Of a stretch of 64,000 nt of DNA, positions 11,975 through 19,411 are shown piece after piece (position 1 is the first letter of the stretch; each line of letters starts with the position of its first letter). The stretch spans positions 1,216,001-1,280,000 of the forward strand of contig OZ253375.1 in assembly GCA_965261005.1 (NCBI GenBank), in the 5' to 3' direction. This DNA comes from Deinococcus sp. GTDB taxonomy: Bacteria > Deinococcota > Deinococci > Deinococcales > Deinococcaceae. The position numbers were made by a program, and so were the translations under genes. The notes under the pieces are model-generated. The model was not told where the DNA came from. It worked only from the letters and a program-made list of their open reading frames with translations, and did no database searches.

Positions 11975-12829
11975 GTGGCGCGTAAGAAAGGTCAAACGGA
12001 TCGATTGACTACCCAACACATAGCTAGCAAAGGCGTGGAAGGCATTTTTGGTGAGTTGGCCCGCAACCATGACCTGGACGTAGGAGAAGTCGCTACAAAG
12101 GTCATGGAAATTCTTTGCGTAGAGTTCCCTATGATGGAGTTCCGCAAACGCGCTTCAATAAGCAAATCGACAATCAACAAGCGTTTGCATAAAATCGACA
12201 ACAGGCTGGGGCATGAGCTTTTTGTTAGTAATGCAACGATCCGTCCGGATGGCGGTATCATCGAAGTCAAAGACGACAAAGGCGAATGGCGTATTGTTCT
12301 TGTTAAGGAAGCAAAATACCAGGGAAAGGATGTCGAGAATATTAAATCAGGCCTCCTCGTCGGTAAAAACGGCGATCAAGACATTATGGCAGCAGGAAAT
12401 GCAATAGAACGTTCTCATAAGAACATAAAAGAGATAGCTAATTATATGCTGGACGAGCAGCACTTTCCCTACGTGCTGTTTCTAGAAGGTTCCAACTTCC
12501 TCACTGAAACCATCGAGGTTACCCGACCAGATGGACGAAAGGTTAAACTTGAATATAACTCAAGCAATCTAAATAGGATTGATCGTCTTACCGCTGCCAA
12601 CTATTCACTGCCAATCAACACGAACTTATGTGAGAACATCAGTGTAATTAGTCGTGGTCAGGCGGTCATGCTACAGGCAGCTTCAATCTACACCGAAGGT
12701 CATGGTCAGAAATGGGATGCGGATAAGATGGCAGACATCATGCTGGATGTAGCCAAAACATCAATCAGATTGCTGGCAAGCGACTTATTTAATCAGATGA
12801 CTAGGCATGAAATAGGAAAGCAGAAATAA
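11975..12829 (+). CDS. EcoRI-family type II restriction endonuclease (predicted GAATTC)
   Basis: Colinear with EcoRI as recalled: PDGG...EAK catalytic motif, MAAGNAIERSHKN recognition segment, HFPYVLFLEGSNFLT, NRIDRLTAANY, MLQAASIYT; AGGAGG RBS at 11961; ~45% GC. Confidence 0.95.
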   Translation: MARKKGQTDRLTTQHIASKGVEGIFGELARNHDLDVGEVATKVMEILCVEFPMMEFRKRASISKSTINKRLHKIDNRLGHELFVSNATIRPDGGIIEVKDDKGEWRIVLVKEAKYQGKDVENIKSGLLVGKNGDQDIMAAGNAIERSHKNIKEIANYMLDEQHFPYVLFLEGSNFLTETIEVTRPDGRKVKLEYNSSNLNRIDRLTAANYSLPINTNLCENISVISRGQAVMLQAASIYTEGHGQKWDADKMADIMLDVAKTSIRLLASDLFNQMTRHEIGKQK

Positions 12830-13782
12830 TGTCTCGACTCGTTGACCGTTCTTTCCTAACAGAAGCAAAGAAGAACAAAAACGACGAGTTTTATACCCAG
12901 GGGGTCGACATTGATCGTGAACTTCAACACTATGAGGATCACTTCAGACACAAGACTGTTTACTGCAACACAGATTGCCCAATCAGGAGTAATTTCGTCC
13001 GGTACTTCTTAGATAACTTTACTCGTCTTGGCTTGAGGCGTCTCATTGCTACCGGCTATGCGGCGGGTGGTAGCAATCGTGGAACCTACTTCTCATACAC
13101 AGGCAATCCGGATGAACTTGCCGCTTTGGAAACCGATAATTTAACACTACTGCGGGGGAATGGGGACTTCAGAAGTGACGAGTGTGTTTCCTTGCTCCGT
13201 GAATCGGATGTCGTTGTCACTAATCCCCCGTACTCCTTGCTTCGTGAGTTTGTTGGTTACATGGAATCTTTTGACAAAGACTTCCTGATTATTGCTACCG
13301 TCAACGCCATTACATATAAGAACATATTCCGACTCATTCATGACGGGAAGATCTGGCTTGGAATTGGTCTGGGACGTAATATTTCTGGTTTTATTGTTCC
13401 TGATCACTATGAGCTTTATGGTACTGAAGCGAGAGTGAATAACCGAGGCGAACGGATCGTTTCAACGAACAACAGCCTCTGGTTAACTAACTTGGACTTT
13501 GAACGGCGTCATCAGGAGATCCCCCTCGTGAAGACTTACAAGGCTAACGAGTCTGATTACCCTCATTATGACAATCTTAATGGTATCAATATCAACAAAA
13601 CCAAGGATATTCCTTCTGATTGGTTCGGACTGATGGGAGTCCCTATTACCTTCCTCCACAGACATAATCCCGATCAATTTGAGATTGTGAGGTTTCGCAA
13701 GGGGGATGACGGGAAAGATCTCCGAATCAACGGAAAAGAACCCTACTTCCGAATCATTATTAAACGAAGGGACGAAGGGTAA
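12829..13782 (+). CDS. M.EcoRI-family N6-adenine methyltransferase
   Basis: AKK.KNDEFYT, VYCN.D.P..SNF, GDFRS.EC, VVTNPPYS, GVPITFL..NP.QFEI; TAA/ATG overlap with the REase; low GC. Confidence 0.93.
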   Translation: MSRLVDRSFLTEAKKNKNDEFYTQGVDIDRELQHYEDHFRHKTVYCNTDCPIRSNFVRYFLDNFTRLGLRRLIATGYAAGGSNRGTYFSYTGNPDELAALETDNLTLLRGNGDFRSDECVSLLRESDVVVTNPPYSLLREFVGYMESFDKDFLIIATVNAITYKNIFRLIHDGKIWLGIGLGRNISGFIVPDHYELYGTEARVNNRGERIVSTNNSLWLTNLDFERRHQEIPLVKTYKANESDYPHYDNLNGININKTKDIPSDWFGLMGVPITFLHRHNPDQFEIVRFRKGDDGKDLRINGKEPYFRIIIKRRDEG

Positions 13783-13785
13783 GTA

Positions 13786-14849
13786 AGTACATCCCAAGAG
13801 GTAGTTATCAGAGAGCATCACCCCAGCAGCGGATGAGGTCCTGACGAAGCTGGGTCTGGTTTTGATAGTGGCGGCGTGGCAGCAGGCCATACTTGAGGCG
13901 CTTCCACTCGCGCTCCATGTCGTTCAGGTGGGGGCAGTAGGTCGGGAGAAAGCCCAGCAGCAAGCCGCGTGCCTTCCAGGTCGGCAGACGTGACGCCACC
14001 AGCGCGTTGCGATGCACGCTGGCGTTGTCCAAGACCACGACCGTCTGGCATGCCGGGTCACTCACCTCGGCCAGTTCGTCGAGCAAGGCCACCACGTCCT
14101 CTTTGGTGGTGTAGCCCCGCACTTCCCGGTATCCCACCGCCCCAGAGGCGTACTCGACAAAGCCCAGCAGGTTCAGCCGCGCCTTCTGGCCGCGCTTGGC
14201 CCCTTGCACCACCTTGAGCGGTTTTCCCTTCTCACGCCATGTCTGCACGTTGGGCTGCGTCAGCTAGACGCTGGCTTCATCAAAAAACACCAGCTTCACG
14301 AGTTTGGCGAGCGCCCCTTTTTTAACGCCTCCAGGTCGCGTTGCATGGCGTGCGTCTCAGCTGGATCGGGAGCAGGCGGCGCCACCAAGCGGGTCCGCTG
14401 CCATGACAGGCCGATGGCCCGCAGCTGAAGCCGCAACGTCTCTGTATCTATATCTATGGAAAGGCCGAACTCTTCGTGCAGCACTTCTAAGAGGGTGGTG
14501 CAGTTCCAAGTCCTGTTGTCCTGACGCACCAGTTTCAGGACGCGCACACGCATCTCTGGCGTGAAGGCACCGGGGCGCCCCAACCGGACGCGGTCTTCGA
14601 GGGCGGCGAAACCGCCGTTTCTGTACGCACGCCGGATGCGCCCGGCCGTCAGGGCCGTGACCAGCCCGAGACGGGCAATCTGCTCGGCGTTGTAGCCCTG
14701 GTGGAAGTACAGCAGCGCCAGCAAGCGGGTACGAACGCTCGGCACGACTTCGCGCGCTTTGAGGCGGCTGTGCAGTTCTTTGAGCGCTTCTGCGCTCAAG
14801 CTCATCTGGATCGCTGCTGGCATCCCTTATCCTATTCCTGGGATGTACT
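13786..14849 (-). mobile_element. IS630-family insertion sequence (~1064 bp)
   Basis: Terminal IRs AGTACATCCCA (13786-13796 and reverse complement at 14839-14849), each flanked by TA (13784-85, 14850-51); split HTH and DDE transposase ORFs. Confidence 0.93.
13808..14823 (-). pseudogene. IS630 transposase with -1 frameshift and an in-frame amber stop
   Basis: ORF A 14296-14823 (HTH, R.GRP); slippery AAAAAAGGGG at 14314-14323; -1 frame reads LVFFDEASV*LTQPNVQTW (TAG at 14264-14266), then LDNASVH and LPTYCPHLNDME. Confidence 0.85.
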
Positions 14850-15083
14850 TACCGTTTTAAATCCATTTACATGCAACAGCTCCCCATCGTCGTCCCCACG
14901 CCTTCCCAAGCCTCCATCCTCGAATCCTTCACCGATGACTCGCGCCTGGACGAACTCAACGCGCTGGTGTACGAGATGTACGGCCTGACGCCGGGCGAGA
15001 TCGAGCTGGTGGAGTCGCTGACGGCGGGGGCGTATGTGGGGGCCGGGGGGGCGGAAGAGGAAGAGGTTGGCGTGGGGGCGTGA
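14850..15083 (+). pseudogene. 3' remnant of the interrupted type IIG-like methyltransferase
   Basis: In frame from the TA target: YRFKSIYMQQLPI...LNALVYEMYGLTPGEIELVE, resembling the C-terminus of Eco57I/TaqI-like MTases; host-like GC resumes. Confidence 0.8.
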
Positions 15084-15850
15084 GGCGGGGGCGGGAACCC
15101 GAGGAGCTGCGGCAGGCGCGGGCGGCGGGGCTGGACAAGCGGTGTGCGCGGCTCAGCGCGGCCCTGCGGGGGCGGCATCCCACGGATACGGCGGCGGTGG
15201 TCCAGCCCACGGCGGACCTGATTCAGGCGTACAGCGAGGCGAAGCGGCTCGCCGAGGGCTTCGCGCGGCGCCTGACCGGGGCGCGCTGGCCCGTGGAGGT
15301 GCAGCCCGTGACCCGCCCGAACGGCGTGAAGAGCCTGGACCGCATCGTGGAGAAGTACCTCTACTCGCCCAACGCCCTGACCGTCCCGCTCGACATGCTG
15401 GCGGGCAAAATCGTGGTGGATTCGCTGTGGGACATGTACGACGTCGCCAACAGCGTTGCCGAGGTCTTTGCGGTGGTCGCTTACCGAGACCGGGTCGTTC
15501 GCAAGCAGGGCAGCGGCTACCGGGACTTGCAATTCGTCGTGAACGTGGACGCGGCCGGAAGCGGGCACCGCGCCGAACTCAAGGTGATGCACCGCCTGAT
15601 TGACGAGCTGGACGCCTACGAACACCGCCTCTACGAGATTCGTCGCGGTCTGGAGACCAAGCAGAGGGAACGCCAGCAGGCCGATACTTGGGACGATGGC
15701 AGCGCCTGGGATGACGGCAGCGTTTGGGATGATGTGGTGCTCACCCCAATTGAGCGACTGGTGCTAGACACGCTCGACCGGACCAGCGCAGACTTGTTTG
15801 AAGAGGCGTGGAAGCTCGTCCTCGCGGCCGAGAAGGGAGCAGGAACATGA
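15080..15850 (+). CDS. RelA/SpoT-fold small nucleotide synthetase (Tas1/Apk-like, putative (p)ppApp/(p)ppGpp toxin)
   Basis: Ordered SYNTH-like motifs K..DR.VEK, D...KIVVDS, DR...SGYRD, GH.AEL, EH.LYE..R; no hydrolase or regulatory domains; GTGA overlap with the MTase remnant. Confidence 0.75.
   Translation: MRRGREPEELRQARAAGLDKRCARLSAALRGRHPTDTAAVVQPTADLIQAYSEAKRLAEGFARRLTGARWPVEVQPVTRPNGVKSLDRIVEKYLYSPNALTVPLDMLAGKIVVDSLWDMYDVANSVAEVFAVVAYRDRVVRKQGSGYRDLQFVVNVDAAGSGHRAELKVMHRLIDELDAYEHRLYEIRRGLETKQRERQQADTWDDGSAWDDGSVWDDVVLTPIERLVLDTLDRTSADLFEEAWKLVLAAEKGAGT
15689..15733 (+). repeat. Degenerate 18-bp tandem repeat (2.5 copies) encoding WDDGSA-WDDGSV-WDD
   Basis: tgggacgatggcagcgcc / tgggatgacggcagcgtt / tgggatgat. 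Confidence 0.85.
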
Positions 15851-16128
15851 CGAAGCCAAAGAAGCCCAGCCAGGGCGAGGTGAAGTATTACCTGGTCGGC
15901 CGCGTGCCGGTGAAGATGCAGCAGCGCCCGGACGGCGTGGCCCTGGTCGCCTTTAACCCCTTGCTGGGCGGCTTCGTGGCGGACGCCCGCTACTACAGCA
16001 CCATCAAACGCCACGAACACGACGACGACGGCGTGCGCCAGATTGACGAGGCCGAGTTTGAGCGCCAGGTCGAGGTCTTGAAGCGCAGCGAGTTTTACCC
16101 GCCCGCCGAGGTCACGCCGGCCCTCTGA
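15847..16128 (+). CDS. Small protein, putative immunity/antitoxin of the upstream synthetase
   Basis: 93 aa; ATGA overlap with the synthetase stop; AGGA upstream; KYY..., DG...F, IDEAEFE pattern. Confidence 0.6.
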   Translation: MTKPKKPSQGEVKYYLVGRVPVKMQQRPDGVALVAFNPLLGGFVADARYYSTIKRHEHDDDGVRQIDEAEFERQVEVLKRSEFYPPAEVTPAL

Positions 16129-16147
16129 ACCTGGCATCATCTTTTTG

Positions 16148-19100
16148 ATGCCGACCAAGATTCCCGATTACACCGACAACGAGCGCCACCACCTCGCGTT
16201 CGTGCTGCGTACCCTGATCGGCGAGTACGAGCAGCGCGACATGGACATCGCGACCGGCTTTTTCAGCCCGGACGTGTGGAGGGTGGTCGGGGAGGCGTTC
16301 TCGGCGCTGGAGCGGCTGCGGCTGATGATCGGCAAGGAACCCGAGCTGCACCAGAACAAGCGCGGCCTGGACTTGGTGCGCGAGTTCCGGCGCAAGCTGC
16401 GCGCCGAGCTGGAGGATCAGGAGCTGGACTCGGCCCAGGCCCGCATGATGGACGCCCTGATCGCCTTTTTGAAGCGCGAGGCGGTACAGGTGCGGCTGTT
16501 CGACGACCCCTTCCTGCACGCCAAGGCGTACCTGATGGGCGAGTGGAGCATTGTCGGGAGCAGCAACCTCACGGTGAACGGCGTGACCCACAACAGCGAG
16601 CTGAACACCGTCCGCAAGGACAGCTGGGTGGCGAGGGGGCTGCGCGAGGAGTGGTTTGAGCGCTTCTGGGAGCGCGCCCACGACTACAAGCGGGACCTGA
16701 TCGAGGAGCTGGAGCGCAGCAAGTTCGGCAGCTATCCCTACACGCCCTATGACGTCTTTCTCAAGGTGCTGTTCGAGAACTTCAGGGACAGCCTCGGCCT
16801 GGATACCCCCCAGGACGAGCGCGGCGTGATCGAGCTGGCCGAGTTCCAGGCCGAGGGCTTCCGGCTCGCCAAGGGGCTGCTCGACCGCTTCGGCGGCGTG
16901 ATGGTGGCGGACGCGGTGGGCCTCGGGAAGTCGTTCGTGGGCCTCTCGATTCTGGAGGAGTACCTGATCAACCAGCGCGCCCAGGGACGCGGCCAGGGCG
17001 TGCCGCGCGGCCTGGTGGTGTGCCCCGCGCAGCTGGAGCGGCTGGTGTGGCGACCGCTGCTCGACCGCTTTGGGATTCCGGCCCAGGTGGTGAGCATGGA
17101 GTCGCTCGGCCGCGACGACTTCGATTGGCGACCCTACGCCAACTCCGACCTGGTGGTGGTGGACGAGAGCCACAACTTCCGCAACCCCGGCACCGGCCGC
17201 TACCTCAACCTGATGCGGCTGCTGGCCGGCGGGCGCGACAAGCGCGTGGCGCTGCTCACGGCGACGCCGGTGAACAACAGCATCTGGGACTTTTACCATC
17301 AGGTGCTGCTGATGACGCGCGGGCGCGAGGATGTGTACGCCGCTCACGGCGTGCCGAATTTGCGGGCCTTTGTCACCGGGGTGGCGCGCGGCACCCGCGA
17401 GTTCTACGATTTGGTCGAGCACGCGATGGTGCGCCGCAGCCGCCGCGACGTGCGCCGGCGCCAAGAGCGCGGCGAGCCGGTCCTGATCAACGGGCGCGAG
17501 GTGCGCTTTCCGGAGCGGGTCCTGCACCGGGTCGAGTACAGCCTGACCGAGCAGTTCGGCGACTTTTACGGGGGGCTGGTGGGGCGCATCGAGCGGCTGC
17601 GGCTGGTGGCCTACAACCTGGAGCGCTACAAGCGCGAGCGCGACGAGACCGAGGCCAACCGCCGCGAGGCCCTGACCGGCATTTTCAAGACCAACTTTCT
17701 CAAGCGGCTGGAAAGCAGCGTGCACGCCCTGGCCGCCAGCGTGGAGAACCAGAAGCGCTTTCAGGAGCGCTTTTACGAGCTGTTCAAACAGGGCAAGCTG
17801 CTGGACGCGGGCAGCAACCGCAAGATCGAGCAGGTGCTGCGCCTCGCGGCGGCGGAGGACGACACCGAGACCCAGGCCCGCGTGGAGCGGTTGCTCGCCA
17901 GCTTGCCGGAGGTGAGGGCGCTCGATTACCACGTGACGGACATGGAGCGCGACATCAAGCTCGATCTGGAGGCGCTGGCCTGGATGCAGGGCGCCATCAA
18001 GGACCTGCTGGTGTCGCGCGGCAGCGGCGGCGAGCAGGACGCCAAGGTGGCCGCGATCAAGGCGGCCCTGCTGGGGCGGACGGCGAACAAAAAGATCGTG
18101 GTGTTCAGCTACTACCACGACACCGCCGAGTACCTCTACCGGGCGCTGACCGGCGACGCGGCTTGGCTCGCCGGCATGGGCCTGACGGGGGAGCGCGCCG
18201 CCTTTCTCAGCGGCGCCAGCAACGCCGAGACGCGCAGCGACGTGGTGCGCCGCTTCGCGCCGAGGTCCAACCGCCGCGCCGAGGATGACGAGGCCGACCA
18301 GCAGAGGCTGCTGGCGCGCCCGATTGACCTGCTGATCAGCACCGACGTGCTTTCCGAGGGCCAGAACCTTCAGGACGCGGGCTTTTTGCTCAACGCCGAC
18401 TTGCACTGGAACCCGGTGCGCATGATTCAGCGCGCCGGGCGCATTGACCGCCTGGGCAGCGAGTTTGAGACGCTCGAAGTTGACAACGTCTTTCCCGAGG
18501 AGGGGCTGGAGGCGATCCTCGGCTTGGTGGAGCGCTTGCAAACGCGCATCGCCGACATTGACCGGACGGTGGGCCTCGACGCCAGCGTGCTGGGCGAGGC
18601 GATCAGCCGCCGCTCCTTCGAGGAGCTGCGCCGCATTCGCGCCGAGGACAGCAGCGTTCTCGACGAGCTGGAGGCCGAAAGCGAACTCAGCGTCGGCGAC
18701 GAGATGCGCCTGCCGCTGATCGCGGCCCTCCAGCTGATCGGCGAGGGCTACGTGGACGGGCTACCCCTGGGCATTCACAGCGCCAAGCGGGCGCCGACTG
18801 CGGCCTGTGGGGTCTTCGTCGCCCTGCGGGTTGAAGACCGGGTGCTCTGGCGGGTCTATCCCCTGGAGGGCGAGGCGCCGGTGAGGACGTCCAAGCGTGA
18901 AATCTACCGCCTGATCGAGGCGGGGCAGGGCGTCCCCAGGGCGGACAATCCGGAGGGGGTCGAGATCTACCCTTTTCTGGAGCGCGCCATCCGCGACGTT
19001 CTCCAGGAATCGAAACGCGCCGTCAAAAAGAGCGCCTTCAAGCCCCCCCTGCGCGGCGCGGCGCTGGCGCTCAGCCGCTGGCTGTCGGACATGCACGTTC

Positions 19101-19363
19101 AGCCCCAGATCGCCCCCGAGGTGCTGGCCCGCCTCAGCTACACCGTCGAGCACCGCTCGCTGTCCGGCTTCGAGCGGGATCAGGACCTGAGAGAAATCGT
19201 GAGCGGCCTCGGCAAACAAAGCGTGCCCACGCTCGCGGCGGCGCTCGAAGCCTTTTTGGTGGACAACAAGCTGCTGCTCGAACGGCCGCCAGAGAGGGTG
19301 AGCGTCCAGGAGATCACGCGCGCCCAGATCAAGCTGATCGCCTACGAGTGGCTGGTGGAGTAG
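16148..19363 (+). CDS. PLD-like nuclease fused to SNF2-type (SF2) helicase
   Basis: LHAKAY...GSSNLT..G...N.ELN (PLD-like); ADAVGLGKS, VVDESH, TATP, STDVLSEGQNLQ, WNPVRMIQRAGRIDR. Confidence 0.9.
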   Translation: MPTKIPDYTDNERHHLAFVLRTLIGEYEQRDMDIATGFFSPDVWRVVGEAFSALERLRLMIGKEPELHQNKRGLDLVREFRRKLRAELEDQELDSAQARMMDALIAFLKREAVQVRLFDDPFLHAKAYLMGEWSIVGSSNLTVNGVTHNSELNTVRKDSWVARGLREEWFERFWERAHDYKRDLIEELERSKFGSYPYTPYDVFLKVLFENFRDSLGLDTPQDERGVIELAEFQAEGFRLAKGLLDRFGGVMVADAVGLGKSFVGLSILEEYLINQRAQGRGQGVPRGLVVCPAQLERLVWRPLLDRFGIPAQVVSMESLGRDDFDWRPYANSDLVVVDESHNFRNPGTGRYLNLMRLLAGGRDKRVALLTATPVNNSIWDFYHQVLLMTRGREDVYAAHGVPNLRAFVTGVARGTREFYDLVEHAMVRRSRRDVRRRQERGEPVLINGREVRFPERVLHRVEYSLTEQFGDFYGGLVGRIERLRLVAYNLERYKRERDETEANRREALTGIFKTNFLKRLESSVHALAASVENQKRFQERFYELFKQGKLLDAGSNRKIEQVLRLAAAEDDTETQARVERLLASLPEVRALDYHVTDMERDIKLDLEALAWMQGAIKDLLVSRGSGGEQDAKVAAIKAALLGRTANKKIVVFSYYHDTAEYLYRALTGDAAWLAGMGLTGERAAFLSGASNAETRSDVVRRFAPRSNRRAEDDEADQQRLLARPIDLLISTDVLSEGQNLQDAGFLLNADLHWNPVRMIQRAGRIDRLGSEFETLEVDNVFPEEGLEAILGLVERLQTRIADIDRTVGLDASVLGEAISRRSFEELRRIRAEDSSVLDELEAESELSVGDEMRLPLIAALQLIGEGYVDGLPLGIHSAKRAPTAACGVFVALRVEDRVLWRVYPLEGEAPVRTSKREIYRLIEAGQGVPRADNPEGVEIYPFLERAIRDVLQESKRAVKKSAFKPPLRGAALALSRWLSDMHVQPQIAPEVLARLSYTVEHRSLSGFERDQDLREIVSGLGKQSVPTLAAALEAFLVDNKLLLERPPERVSVQEITRAQIKLIAYEWLVE

Positions 19364-19411
19364 GCCCGGCCCTGACGTGCAGGACTCCGGGCGTGACGAT
19401 GGCGCCGGCGA

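Noticed and set aside
9762..11975. Intact 737-aa methyltransferase
   Set aside because: The last ~28 codons derive from the IS-end relic and cassette leader; the true C-terminus lies at 14850-15083.
11885..14852. 37-bp direct repeats as a target-site duplication, att sites or CRISPR repeats
   Set aside because: The repeat is the IS630 left end (it contains the IR and the transposase ATG); there are only two copies ~2.9 kb apart and no cas genes.
9762..19363. Assignment to DISARM or BREX
   Set aside because: An MTase, a SNF2 helicase and a PLD domain are present, but no DrmA/DrmB or PglZ/BrxC-like genes are in the window, and the PLD is fused to the helicase.
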